This document shows, one piece after another, positions 36,632-49,662 of a stretch of 57,933 nucleotides of DNA. Position 1 is the stretch's first letter. The number at the start of each line of letters is the position of its first letter. Under the pieces are notes generated by a model, which saw nothing but the letters and a program-made list of their open reading frames with translations, ran no database searches and had not been told where the DNA came from. The position numbers were made by a program, and so were the translations under genes. The stretch comes from Gammaproteobacteria bacterium (GTDB lineage: Bacteria; Pseudomonadota; Gammaproteobacteria; Ga0077536). The stretch is from positions 1-57,933 of the forward strand of contig VGUA01000005.1 in NCBI GenBank assembly GCA_016874535.1, in the 5' to 3' direction.

Positions 36632-36850
36632 ATGGATAACCATCCAGTCATCAAGTACATCGTGATCGGCCTGCTGATCCTCATCCTGGGTGCCTTGGCA
36701 ACGGCCTTCAAGGCGCTGTTCCGCGGACCACGCGGGAGCACTGCGGGAGTTAAGGCGCTAACCCTGCGCGTTGGACTGTCCATTGGTCTGTTCGTTCTGC
36801 TGATGGTGCTTTATGCGCTCGGCATTATCGAGCCGCGTGGGGGACGTTGA
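36632..36850 (+). CDS. Twin-TM small protein (DUF2909-like)
   Basis: Two hydrophobic helices, KALTLRVGLSIGLF and LGIIEP; typical divergent position in cox clusters. Confidence 0.88.
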   Translation: MDNHPVIKYIVIGLLILILGALATAFKALFRGPRGSTAGVKALTLRVGLSIGLFVLLMVLYALGIIEPRGGR

Positions 36851-36866
36851 GCCCACGGTTGGCGAT

Positions 36867-36895
36867 AAAAAAGGGCGCCAGAGGCGCCCTTTTTT
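36867..36895. terminator. Bidirectional rho-independent terminator
   Basis: AAAAAA-GGGCGCC-AGA-GGCGCCC-TTTTTT between convergent genes. Confidence 0.93.
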
Positions 36896-36913
36896 CTTGC
36901 TACCGGACTGGCC

Positions 36914-37798
36914 TCAGATCCAGTAGACGAAGATGAAGAGGCCAATCCACACCACGTCCACGAAGTGCCAGTACCACGCCACCGCCTCGAAGGCGAAATG
37001 ATGCTTCGGCTTGAAGTGGCCGCGGATTGAGCGCGCCAGGATTACCGCCAGCATGACGGTGCCCATGGTCACATGGAAACCGTGAAAGCCGGTGAGCAGG
37101 AAGAACGTGGCACCGTAGATGCCGGTGCTCATCGTCAGGCCCAGCTCATGATAGGCGTGGCTGTATTCCTCGGCCTGCATGAACACAAAGATGGCACCGA
37201 GCGCGACGGTCATCGCCAGACCCAGGATCAACTGCCCGCGATTGTTCTTCTGCAGGCCCCAGTGCGCCCAGGTCACCGTGCCGCCCGAAGCGAGCAGGAT
37301 GGCCGTGTTGAGAGCCGGCACGCCCCAAGCGCCGATCACATCCTTGGCTTCGCTGAAACCGTAGTCACTGGGGAGCTTGAGCAAGGGCCAGTCGGCGAGG
37401 AACTCCGGCCACAACACGGCATGGGTAGTGGCCTCGGCACCTGCACCCGACAGCCACGGCACCGAGAGCACGCGTGCATAGAAGAGGGCGCCGAAGAAGG
37501 CCGCGAAGAACATGACTTCGGAGAAGATGAACCACATCATGCCCATGCGGAAGCTGGTGTCTTCCCATTGGCCGTAAATGCCCTTTTCGCTTTCGCGGAT
37601 GACCTCGCCGAACCAGCCGAACAGCATGTAGACGAAAAGAATGAATCCGGCACCGAGAACTTCCGGGCCGACTCCGCTGTCGTTGAGCGTGAGCGCTCCA
37701 CCCACGAACATGGTGAAGATCGAGATCGTGGCGATGATCGGCCATTTGCTCGACTCGGGAACAAAGTAATGGTGATGCGCCGCTTGTGCGTTTGCCAT
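36914..37798 (-). CDS. coxC: Cytochrome c oxidase subunit III
   Basis: WFIFSEVMFF, NTAILLASG, YGATFFLLTGFHGFHV and AWYWHFVDVVW. Confidence 0.97.
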   Translation of the reverse strand: MANAQAAHHHYFVPESSKWPIIATISIFTMFVGGALTLNDSGVGPEVLGAGFILFVYMLFGWFGEVIRESEKGIYGQWEDTSFRMGMMWFIFSEVMFFAAFFGALFYARVLSVPWLSGAGAEATTHAVLWPEFLADWPLLKLPSDYGFSEAKDVIGAWGVPALNTAILLASGGTVTWAHWGLQKNNRGQLILGLAMTVALGAIFVFMQAEEYSHAYHELGLTMSTGIYGATFFLLTGFHGFHVTMGTVMLAVILARSIRGHFKPKHHFAFEAVAWYWHFVDVVWIGLFIFVYWI

Positions 37799-37830
37799 GG
37801 CTGTATCTTTCTTGTGGCTGGAAGTTGATC

Positions 37831-38412
37831 TCAGGATTCGGGTTTCGTGGCGTTCTGCGCCGGAGATGCGGACACCTGTACAGTCGAGCGGAAGAATGTG
37901 TATCCCAAGGTCAGGGACTCTATGTTCTTCGGCAATCTGGGGTCGACGATGAAGCGCACTGGCATCTGTCGGGTTTCGCCTGGTGCCAGTTTCTGTTCGG
38001 TGAAGCAGAAGCATTCGGTCTTGCTGAAATAACGCGCCGCTTCGTTGGGAGCAACGCTCGGCACTGCCTGGCCGATGGCGGTGTCACTGGTGCGGTTGGT
38101 CACCTCGAACATGACTTCCATCTGCTTGCCGGGAACCACCTCGACGCGACTCACCATGGGTTTGAAATTCCACGGGAAGCCTGAATTCACGCTGGTGACG
38201 AACTCGACTGTCACCAGCCGGGAGGGATCAGCGGTCATGCTGTTCGCCTGCTCCGCGCTCAGGCGACCGGTCTTGCCATTCATGCCGGTCACTTCGCAGA
38301 ACACGTCGTACAGCGGTACCAGGAGGTAGCCAAAACCGAACATGGCGACCACAACCAGAGCCAGCCTGCTGACGAGGCGGCGGGTGGCGCGTTGTTGGGT
38401 CTCGGTGGTCAT
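37831..38412 (-). CDS. ctaG: Cytochrome c oxidase copper chaperone Cox11/CtaG
   Basis: VPLYDVFCEVTG, GQAVPSVAP and KTECFCF. Confidence 0.96.
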   Translation of the reverse strand: MTTETQQRATRRLVSRLALVVVAMFGFGYLLVPLYDVFCEVTGMNGKTGRLSAEQANSMTADPSRLVTVEFVTSVNSGFPWNFKPMVSRVEVVPGKQMEVMFEVTNRTSDTAIGQAVPSVAPNEAARYFSKTECFCFTEQKLAPGETRQMPVRFIVDPRLPKNIESLTLGYTFFRSTVQVSASPAQNATKPES

Positions 38413-38415
38413 GAT

Positions 38416-38532
38416 TCAGAGCAGGTGCTTGAGCACGAATACCGCGTAGAAGCCGGCCACGATGACCGCCAGGACCATGGCCGTGCGCCGCGCGCGTTGC
38501 CGCTGGCGCTCCAGGGTGGCTGGGTCAGGCAT
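38416..38532 (-). CDS. Small single-TM protein of the cox operon (38 aa)
   Basis: MPDPATLERQRQRARRTAMVLAVIVAGFYAVFVLKHLL: basic stretch plus TM helix filling the coxA-ctaG gap. Confidence 0.65.
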   Translation of the reverse strand: MPDPATLERQRQRARRTAMVLAVIVAGFYAVFVLKHLL

Positions 38533-38579
38533 CGTGGCTTGCCGTGCTTCCCGATATTCCAGTGTCTCGACGGCGCCTG

Positions 38580-40178
38580 TCAGCGATAGCCGCCGTCGAT
38601 GGTCGCCGGCGCCGGTGGCGTGGAGAAGCTGTGGTAGGGCGGCGGCGACGGCAGGGTCCACTCGAGGCCGCGAGCCCCTTCCCACACCTGATCACGGGCC
38701 TTGGCTCCGCCGCGTGCACATTTCACGATGACGGCAAGGAACAGTAGCTGCGACACACCGAAGACGAAGCCACCTAGGCTGGACACCATGTTCCAGTCGG
38801 CGAACTGTACCGCGTAGTCGGGGATACGGCGGGGCATGCCGGCGAGGCCCAGGAAGTGCTGCGGGAAAAACAGTACGTTCACCGAGATGGTGGACAGCCA
38901 GAAGTGCAGCTGGCCCAGCGTCTCGTCATACATGTGGCCGGTCCATTTCGGCAGCCAGAAGTAGGTGCCGGCCATCAGCGCAAAGATCGCACCGGTCACC
39001 AGCACATAGTGGAAGTGCGCCACGACGAAGTAGGTGTCGTGGTACTGGAAGTCCACGGGGGTGATGCCAAGCATCAGACCCGAGAACCCACCGATCGTGA
39101 ACAGGACCACGAAGGCGATGGAGAAGAGCATTGGGGTTTCGAAGGTCATCGAGCTTTGCCACATCGTGGCCACCCAGTTGAAGACCTTCACGCCGGTCGG
39201 AACCGCGATGAGGATGGTGGCGTACATGAAGAAGAGCTCGCCTGCGAGCGGCATGCCGACCGTGAACATGTGGTGCGCCCACACGATGAAGGACAGGAAG
39301 GCAATGGACGCTGCAGCGTACACCATCGAGCTGTAGCCGAAGAGCGGCTTGCGCGCGAAGGTGGGGATGATGGCCGACACGATACCGAAGGCGGGGAGAA
39401 TGAGGATGTAGACCTCCGGGTGCCCGAAAAACCAGAAGATGTGCTGGAACATCACCGGGTCACCACCACCGGCGGCACTGAAGAAAGCGGTGCCGAAGAA
39501 TTTGTCGGTGAGCAGCATGGTCACCGCGCCCGCCAGTACCGGGATGGAGGCGATCAGCAGGAAGGCGGTGATGATCCAGGTCCACACGAACAGCGGCAGC
39601 TTCATCAGAGTCATGCCGGGCGCGCGCAGGTTGAACACGGTGGCGATGATGTTAATCGCCCCTGCAACCGAGGAGGCTCCCATGAAGTGCACGGCGAAGA
39701 TGAGGAAGGGGAATGCCGCACCGGTCTGCAGGACCAGCGGCGGATACATCGTCCAGCCGCCAGCCGGAGCACCGCCGGGCAGGAACAGGGTCATGAGCAG
39801 GAGCGTAAAGGCGAACGGCAGAATCCAGAAGCTCCAGTTGTTGAGCCGGGGCAGGGCCATGTCAGGCGCCCCGATCATCATCGGGATCATCCAGTTGGCG
39901 AAGCCTGTCCAGGCGGGCATGACCGCACCGAAAATCATCACCAGCGCGTGCATGGTGGTCATGCTGTTGAAGAATTGCGGGTCAACCCACTGCAGTCCCG
40001 GCTGGAAGAGTTCCAGACGGATGACCATGGCCATGGCTCCACCCACGAAGAACATCATGAGGGAGAACACCAGGTACATCGTGCCGATGTCCTTGTGATT
40101 GGTGGTGGTCAGCCAGCGCATGATGCCCGTCGGATGATGGGCGTCGTGGTGGTCGTGATGAACAGCTGCGTCACTCAT
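38580..40178 (-). CDS. coxA: Cytochrome c oxidase subunit I (aa3 type)
   Basis: TTNHKDIG, GWTMYPPL, WFFGHPEVYI, VWAHHMF and VVAHFHYV. Confidence 0.98.
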   Translation of the reverse strand: MSDAAVHHDHHDAHHPTGIMRWLTTTNHKDIGTMYLVFSLMMFFVGGAMAMVIRLELFQPGLQWVDPQFFNSMTTMHALVMIFGAVMPAWTGFANWMIPMMIGAPDMALPRLNNWSFWILPFAFTLLLMTLFLPGGAPAGGWTMYPPLVLQTGAAFPFLIFAVHFMGASSVAGAINIIATVFNLRAPGMTLMKLPLFVWTWIITAFLLIASIPVLAGAVTMLLTDKFFGTAFFSAAGGGDPVMFQHIFWFFGHPEVYILILPAFGIVSAIIPTFARKPLFGYSSMVYAAASIAFLSFIVWAHHMFTVGMPLAGELFFMYATILIAVPTGVKVFNWVATMWQSSMTFETPMLFSIAFVVLFTIGGFSGLMLGITPVDFQYHDTYFVVAHFHYVLVTGAIFALMAGTYFWLPKWTGHMYDETLGQLHFWLSTISVNVLFFPQHFLGLAGMPRRIPDYAVQFADWNMVSSLGGFVFGVSQLLFLAVIVKCARGGAKARDQVWEGARGLEWTLPSPPPYHSFSTPPAPATIDGGYR

Positions 40179-40243
40179 TGGCAGTTCCTCGTTCGATGCT
40201 TATTTCTTTGCGTCTTTGCGACTTGGCGCTTCGGCGAACCGGA

Positions 40244-41116
40244 TTACGGGTTGCCGGCCACGGTCACGGGTGCCGCCGGAGCGGTGCCGGCAGTGGCCGT
40301 CTTGCGGGCGGCAAGCCACTTCTGGAATTCCTCTTCCGACACGGCGCGCAGGACGACGGGCATGAAGCCGTGATCCTTGCCGCACAGCTCCGTGCATTGG
40401 CCGCGATAGACACCTTCTTCCTTGATGGTGGCCCAGGATTCATTGATGAAGCCCGGGACGGCATCACGCTTCCAGCCCAGTGCGGGTACCCACCAGGAGT
40501 GGATCACATCGGCCGCGGTGGTGAGAAAGCGGATTTTCTTGTTCACCGGGACGACGATTTCGTTGTCCACTTCGCGCAGATAGTTTTCCACGCCCTCGGG
40601 ATTTACGCCGGAACCAAGCTGGCGGGCCTTGTTGCTGGCGTCTCCCAAGGTGCTGAAGAAGGAGACGTCCTCACCCAAGTATTCATACTGCCATTTCCAC
40701 TGGTAGCCGGTGACCTTGATGGTGAGGTCGGACTTGGTGACGTCTTCCATCATCACCAGGGCCTTGGTGGCGGGCACGGCCATGACGATCAGGATGATGA
40801 ACGGGACGACAGTCCACAGCACTTCCACCGTCGTGCTCTCGTGCCACTGGGCAGCCACGGCACCCTGGGACTTACGGAACTTCAGGATGGAATAGAAGAT
40901 TGCCCCAAAGACACCAACACCTATGACCACACAGACCCAGAGGATGAGCATGTGCAGGTCGTAGACGGTCTCGCTGTAGGGCGTGACTCCCCGAGGGAGG
41001 TTGAGCTGGTCCCAGGCGGCATTGGCGAATCCGGGCAATATCATCAGGAGCCCCGCGCAAAGTGCGGCAAGACGGCCTGGTCTGTTCATCAATCTCATCA
41101 TGCTATGGCTCCCCAC
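40244..41116 (-). CDS. coxB: Cytochrome c oxidase subunit II
   Basis: TGYQWKWQY, DVIHSWW and the CuA motif CTELCGKDHGFM; no fused cytochrome c; start may be 41104 or 41092. Confidence 0.97.
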   Translation of the reverse strand: MGSHSMMRLMNRPGRLAALCAGLLMILPGFANAAWDQLNLPRGVTPYSETVYDLHMLILWVCVVIGVGVFGAIFYSILKFRKSQGAVAAQWHESTTVEVLWTVVPFIILIVMAVPATKALVMMEDVTKSDLTIKVTGYQWKWQYEYLGEDVSFFSTLGDASNKARQLGSGVNPEGVENYLREVDNEIVVPVNKKIRFLTTAADVIHSWWVPALGWKRDAVPGFINESWATIKEEGVYRGQCTELCGKDHGFMPVVLRAVSEEEFQKWLAARKTATAGTAPAAPVTVAGNP

Positions 41117-41159
41117 AAGCTCCCAAACAGGTGCAGAAACTTACGTCAGCCGCGGCATT

Positions 41160-41630
41160 CTAACGACTTTTCTTGATGGCGTTAATCAGCGTTCGTGCGA
41201 GGTCTTCACGCTCCCCCTCGGTGAGGAAGTGGCCGATGGTCACCTCACGGCCATGGGAGATGAAACACAGTCGCGAGGGATGCCACCGGTTCGGTGAGGG
41301 TCGCAGTTCGATGCGCACCCAGCTTTGCTCGAAGCGGTGAACTTCTTCGGGCTCATCGCGGCCTTTCTCGATGATGACCTGTGATCCCTCCAGCCTGATC
41401 ACCTCACGCTGGCGCCCGGTCAGGTTCACCCAGTAGAAAGCCGCCCACAACAAGGCGATCTCGAGACCGGCGAACGGCAGCACCAGCGGCGCACCGTAGA
41501 AGGCCGACAATATCCCGCTGCTGGCCGGAATGAGGCTCAGCACGCAGAGCCAGCGTCGCGCTTCTAGCCAGGTGAGTGAGCGCTGCGGCTGCACTATCCA
41601 GGTTCTCGCGGTGGCGGGTTCGGGATACAC
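41160..41630 (-). CDS. DUF2244-like membrane protein
   Basis: PQRSLT, GAPLVLPFAGLE, and IGHFLTEGEREDLA; start set at GTG 41630 (uncertain). Confidence 0.85.
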   Translation of the reverse strand: MYPEPATARTWIVQPQRSLTWLEARRWLCVLSLIPASSGILSAFYGAPLVLPFAGLEIALLWAAFYWVNLTGRQREVIRLEGSQVIIEKGRDEPEEVHRFEQSWVRIELRPSPNRWHPSRLCFISHGREVTIGHFLTEGEREDLARTLINAIKKSR

Positions 41631-41646
41631 GGGAATGCTCTTGCGC

Positions 41647-42336
41647 TCAGGCTGCGGGCTTGGGGTAATGCTCCAGTGCAGTTGCAGCATTCGTCAACCC
41701 TGCAGCGAGACGGGTGATCGCCGCTTCCTCTTGCCAGGCCAGCCGCGCGAGGCACGGGGAGCGCAGCCGTTGCTCCAGAGCAGTGATGGTCTGGTCCGCG
41801 TAGATATAGCCGGGGTCGATGACGTTCGCAAACCACCCGGCCATAACGCAACCGGAATGCGCGATGGATTCGGCTGTCAGCAGCGCGTGATTGAGCGCAC
41901 CCAGACGCACCCCCACCACCATCAGCACCGGCAGATTCCAGCGCCGCGGCAGATCCGACAGTTCCAGGGTGGGTGAGAGGGGAATCTGCCAGCCTCCGAC
42001 TCCCTCGACCAGCACCGCGTCGGCCAGCGCGACGAGATCCCGATAGGCGGCGTCCAATGTCTCCCAGGCGATCGTCCGGCCTTCGCGGGCAGCCGCGATG
42101 TGCGGCGCCGTGGGAGCCGAAAACAGATACGGATTCACGCTCGAAGGGCGCATGCCGGGCGACGAGGCCGCCAGCAGTGCTTCCACATCTTCATTGCGAC
42201 CATCTTCCCCCACACCCGCCGCGATGGGTTTCATGCCGACAGCCTTGTGCCCGCGCGCACGCAGCGCCAGCAGCAGCGCTGAGGTGACAGCCGTCTTGCC
42301 ACATCCTGTATCCGTCCCGGTGATAAAGAACCTCAT
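41647..42336 (-). CDS. bioD: Dethiobiotin synthase
   Basis: FITGTDTGCGKT, MKPIAAG, APHIAA, VEGVGG and LGALNHALLT. Confidence 0.97.
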   Translation of the reverse strand: MRFFITGTDTGCGKTAVTSALLLALRARGHKAVGMKPIAAGVGEDGRNEDVEALLAASSPGMRPSSVNPYLFSAPTAPHIAAAREGRTIAWETLDAAYRDLVALADAVLVEGVGGWQIPLSPTLELSDLPRRWNLPVLMVVGVRLGALNHALLTAESIAHSGCVMAGWFANVIDPGYIYADQTITALEQRLRSPCLARLAWQEEAAITRLAAGLTNAATALEHYPKPAA

Positions 42337-43217
42337 GCTTTGCGCATACCCAGTTTATGGAAGGGGAACGTGGCGACGGTGCTGCCGTCCTGAGGGCGGG
42401 TTCCTTGCTCCGGGATCCAGGCGTGGCCCATCACGATTTCGTAGGTGGCTGGCAGCAGACCATTCCGGCGGTGGGTTTCGTAAGCGGCGGCGAGGGCCCT
42501 CTGTTGACCCGACCCGCGCAAGCCCTTGTGGCGCCCCGGATGGCTGTTGACGGCACCCGTGGCCCGCAGATCCGCGAACAGACCTGCAAGATCGCGGTAA
42601 GTCACGCAGAGGTTGTCGCGCTCCATCACCGGTGAAGCAAAGCCGGCCCTGATGAGCGCATCGCCGATGTCGTGCATGTCCATGAAGAGATGCACATGGG
42701 GAGAGTCATCAAGGCTCGCCCACGCGGCGCGCAGCTCCTGCAAGGTGGATGGCCCGACCGTGGAAAAGATGAGCAGGCCGCGCGGTTTCAGTATGCGGCG
42801 GCATTCGGCCAGAACCGCGTCTGGATCCGTACACCAGTGCAGGGCAAGGTTGGAGTGTATGAGATCAATCGACTGATCCTTCAAACCCGTGGCGGCTGCG
42901 TCCGCGCAGAGATAGCGACTGCGCGAAAACCAACGGCGGCGACGTGACCTGGCCTTGGCCAACATCTGTCTCACCGCATCCAGCAGGATGATTGTGGCCT
43001 TGGGGTAGCGCGCTTCGAGGGCGCGGGCGGAGTCTCCCGTGCCCGCGCCCAGATCCAGTATCACCTCTGGTGTCAGCTGCATGAGATCCAGCCTTGCAAG
43101 CAGGCGTGCTGCCACCTCGCGCTGCAGGACCGCGTGGGCATCATAGGTTTCCGCTGCCCGCGCATGTGAACGGCGCACGGCGCGGGTTTCGGGGGCATGC
43201 GCGAGAAAGTCCGTCAT
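42333..43217 (-). CDS. bioC: Malonyl-ACP O-methyltransferase
   Basis: YDAHAVLQREVA, LDLGAGTG, SNLALHW, TLQELRAAW and MHDIGDAL..AGF; ATG 43217 overlaps the bioF stop. Confidence 0.95.
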   Translation of the reverse strand: MTDFLAHAPETRAVRRSHARAAETYDAHAVLQREVAARLLARLDLMQLTPEVILDLGAGTGDSARALEARYPKATIILLDAVRQMLAKARSRRRRWFSRSRYLCADAAATGLKDQSIDLIHSNLALHWCTDPDAVLAECRRILKPRGLLIFSTVGPSTLQELRAAWASLDDSPHVHLFMDMHDIGDALIRAGFASPVMERDNLCVTYRDLAGLFADLRATGAVNSHPGRHKGLRGSGQQRALAAAYETHRRNGLLPATYEIVMGHAWIPEQGTRPQDGSTVATFPFHKLGMRKA

Positions 43218-44386
43218 GGCGCAGGCAGGAAGGCACTGTGGTGCGCGTTGAGGCCTTCGACGAGCTGCTCGATCTGCGAGGTGTCGTGCGCCGCGCTGAG
43301 GCAGACGCGCAAGCGGGCCGTGCCAGCAGGAACTGTCGGCGGCCGGATCGCACGCACATAAAGTCCTCGCTTGCGCAGACCTGCCGCGACCTCGAGCGCG
43401 CGTTCGCCGTCCCCCACCAGCATCGGTTGGATGGGCGTATCTCCCGGCGCTTGCGGCAACCCCACTTGCATGAGGCACTGCTTGAAGTGGCAGATGTTGG
43501 CCATGAGTTTCGGGCGCGGCGATTCCGGGCCCATCAGGAGGTGCAGGGCGGTGCGCGCGGCGTGCATCAGCGCAGGCGAGGGAGCCGTGTCGAAAATGAA
43601 TGTTCTCGCCCGCTGGAGCAGGTTCTCGATGAGCAGATGGGGCCCGATCACCGCCGCGCCGGCGGTGCCGAGCGCCTTGCCGAAAGTCACCACCAGCAGG
43701 GGAACGTCCTTCTGGCCCAGACGGAGCTCGGCGAGCGTTCCTGCACCTTCGCCCAGCACACCGAAACCATGGGCATCGTCGCAGATGAGCCCCGCGCCGT
43801 GACGGTCCGCCAACGCAGAGATCTGCATTAGCGGCGCGAGATCTCCATCCATGCTGAAGAGTCCGTCTGTGACGACCCAGGTCTGTCCCGGGTGATCTTG
43901 CGCAAGCGAGGCTTCGAGACTGCCGGTATCCGCGTGTCGGTAGCGGAGATTTTCCGCACGCGAGAGTCTCACCCCGTCAATGAGGGACGCGTGATTGAGT
44001 TCATCGGAAATGACGCGATCCTCACGACCGACCAGTCCGCTGAAGATTCCGAGGTTGGCCAGATAGCCGGAGGAGAAGATCAGTGCGCGATCACGTCCCG
44101 TGCTTGCGGCGAGATCATGCGCCATGGCTTCATGGGCCTCGCCGTGGCCGGAAAGCAGTGCGGCGGCACCGCTGCCGACGCCGTAGCGTTGGGCGCCCTC
44201 GGCGAGCGCTTCGACCAGACGGGGATGGTTGGCAAGGCCGAGGTAATCATTGCTGCAGAAATTGAGCAGCGCTTCATCGCCTATGCGTATCAGCGGCCCT
44301 TGTGGGCCGCGATTGGCTTCCAGCGTTCGCCAACGCTGTTCGCGCGCGACGAGATCCAGCTGCCGCTCGAAACGCGCGAAATCCAC
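43214..44386 (-). CDS. bioF: 8-amino-7-oxononanoate synthase
   Basis: NFCSNDYLGL, SSGYLANLG, LNHASLIDG, FSMDGD, DDAHGFG, TFGKALG and IRPPTVP. Confidence 0.97.
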   Translation of the reverse strand: MDFARFERQLDLVAREQRWRTLEANRGPQGPLIRIGDEALLNFCSNDYLGLANHPRLVEALAEGAQRYGVGSGAAALLSGHGEAHEAMAHDLAASTGRDRALIFSSGYLANLGIFSGLVGREDRVISDELNHASLIDGVRLSRAENLRYRHADTGSLEASLAQDHPGQTWVVTDGLFSMDGDLAPLMQISALADRHGAGLICDDAHGFGVLGEGAGTLAELRLGQKDVPLLVVTFGKALGTAGAAVIGPHLLIENLLQRARTFIFDTAPSPALMHAARTALHLLMGPESPRPKLMANICHFKQCLMQVGLPQAPGDTPIQPMLVGDGERALEVAAGLRKRGLYVRAIRPPTVPAGTARLRVCLSAAHDTSQIEQLVEGLNAHHSAFLPAP

Positions 44387-44392
44387 ACGCCC

Positions 44393-45394
44393 TTACCCGT
44401 GCGACTCACCCGTGGGTGACAGGCCCAGCTTCGCAAAGAGGCGCTGGTCCTCGATCGTGAGCGGATTTTCGGTCGTGAGCAGTTGCTCCCCATAGAAGAT
44501 GGAATTCGCGCCAGCAAAGAAGCACAGGGCCTGCGTCTCATCTGACATGCTGGAGCGGCCCGCTGACAGTCGCACATACGACTCGGGCATCATGATTCTC
44601 GCGGCGGCGATCGTGCGCACCATGTCCAGTGCATCCAGCGCCTGCTCTTCCGCCAGCGGGGTTCCCTCGACGCGCACCAGCATGTTGATCGGGACGCTCT
44701 CGGGTTGTACCGGCATATTCGCCAGCGTGCACAGCAGGCCTGCCCTGTCATGGGTTGTCTCACCCATGCCGACGATGCCACCACAACAGACATTGATGCC
44801 CGCGTCGCGCACGGCTTCCAGTGTATTGAGCCTGTCCTCGTAAGTGCGGGTGGAGATGATCTTGCCGTAGAACTCGGGCGAGGTATCGAGGTTGTGGTTG
44901 TAGTAGTCGAGGCCGGCATCCTTGAGGCGTTCCGCCTGTGCAGGCTTCAGCATGCCGAGCGTGACGCAACTCTCCATGCCCAGATCCTTCACCGCCTGGA
45001 TGAGCGGGATCACGCGGTCGAGGTCACGGTCCTTGGGTGAGCGCCAGGCAGCACCCATGCAGAAACGGGTGGCACCAGCTTTCCGGGCGTTGAGCGCGGC
45101 GGCTCGCACCACTTCCACATCGAGCACATCCCCCGTCTCCACGTTCGTTTCGAATCTGGCGCTCTGCGGACAATAGGCGCAATCTTCCGGGCAACCCCCG
45201 GTCTTGATGTTCAGCAGAGTGCTGAGCTGAATCCGGTTGGCGTTGAAGTGTTCCCTGTGAACGGTGTGGGCCTGGTGGAGAAGGTCCATGAGCGGCTGCG
45301 TCAGCAAGGCTTCTGCCGCCTCTCGACTCCATCTTTCCGCCGAGTGATCGGCTGGATGGATTTGGGACTCTGTGCTCAGTGAAACAGCTGACAT
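44393..45394 (-). CDS. bioB: Biotin synthase
   Basis: Radical-SAM motif [23 protein letters not shown] and [10 protein letters not shown]. Confidence 0.98.
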   Translation of the reverse strand: MSAVSLSTESQIHPADHSAERWSREAAEALLTQPLMDLLHQAHTVHREHFNANRIQLSTLLNIKTGGCPEDCAYCPQSARFETNVETGDVLDVEVVRAAALNARKAGATRFCMGAAWRSPKDRDLDRVIPLIQAVKDLGMESCVTLGMLKPAQAERLKDAGLDYYNHNLDTSPEFYGKIISTRTYEDRLNTLEAVRDAGINVCCGGIVGMGETTHDRAGLLCTLANMPVQPESVPINMLVRVEGTPLAEEQALDALDMVRTIAAARIMMPESYVRLSAGRSSMSDETQALCFFAGANSIFYGEQLLTTENPLTIEDQRLFAKLGLSPTGESHG

Positions 45395-45451
45395 TCAGCT
45401 CACTCCTGTTCGCTCTTGGATGACACACGACAATGACAAGGAGGTCATGGC

Positions 45452-46129
45452 GTGAACCCTAACAAGCTTTGGACGTCAAGCCTAGAGGCCGTCCGAAATC
45501 TTTACATCTGCACCAAGACAGGTCTTTCCAGTGGCCAGCGATGCCGCTTGTGCCTTGCGCCATCTGCCGAGGCGCTCTGCAAGGCCTGCCTTTCAGATTT
45601 ACCTTGGCTGCCCACCGCGGAGCGCATCAAGCGACGTGCTTTTGGGCAAGAGATGGCCGCATTTAGCTACGAATTTCCGTTAAATGCGTTGATCGTGTCG
45701 GCAAAATATCAGGGGGGAACAGGCCTGTGCCGCTTGCTGGGTGACCTGGCTGCCCGGTCGTTGGGCTCTCCCGGCCCACCTGTTGACTGCCTGGTGCCGG
45801 TGCCCATGCCTTGGCCCAGGGTCCTGCGGCGGGGATACAACCATGCCGATGAAATTGCGCTGGGTTTTGCCAACTCCTGGAAGCTGCCGCTGCGGCATGA
45901 TCTGTTGAAACGCAGCGGTTGGCAGCCTCCACAGAGAGGATCTTCCCGCCGCGAGCGGAAAAACAGGTTGGGCGCCGCGTTCACGGGCGATGCCGGAGTG
46001 GCTGGTTGTGCCGTCATGCTGGTGGACGATGTGTCCACCACAGGCTCAACGCTGGAGGCCTGCGCGCGGGCGCTGCAGAAAGCCGGCGCCGCGCGGGTGG
46101 ACGCCGTGGTCGTGGCGAGGACGGCCTGA
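45452..46129 (+). CDS. comF: ComF family phosphoribosyltransferase-like protein
   Basis: CRLC...LCKAC, VPVPM...RRGYNHA and LVDDVSTTGST; divergent from bioB; start uncertain. Confidence 0.92.
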   Translation: MNPNKLWTSSLEAVRNLYICTKTGLSSGQRCRLCLAPSAEALCKACLSDLPWLPTAERIKRRAFGQEMAAFSYEFPLNALIVSAKYQGGTGLCRLLGDLAARSLGSPGPPVDCLVPVPMPWPRVLRRGYNHADEIALGFANSWKLPLRHDLLKRSGWQPPQRGSSRRERKNRLGAAFTGDAGVAGCAVMLVDDVSTTGSTLEACARALQKAGAARVDAVVVARTA

Positions 46130-46140
46130 GCGGGCGTCGC

Positions 46141-49643
<3,503 letters not shown>

Positions 49644-49662
49644 TCGAGGGTGCGTAAAGCCC

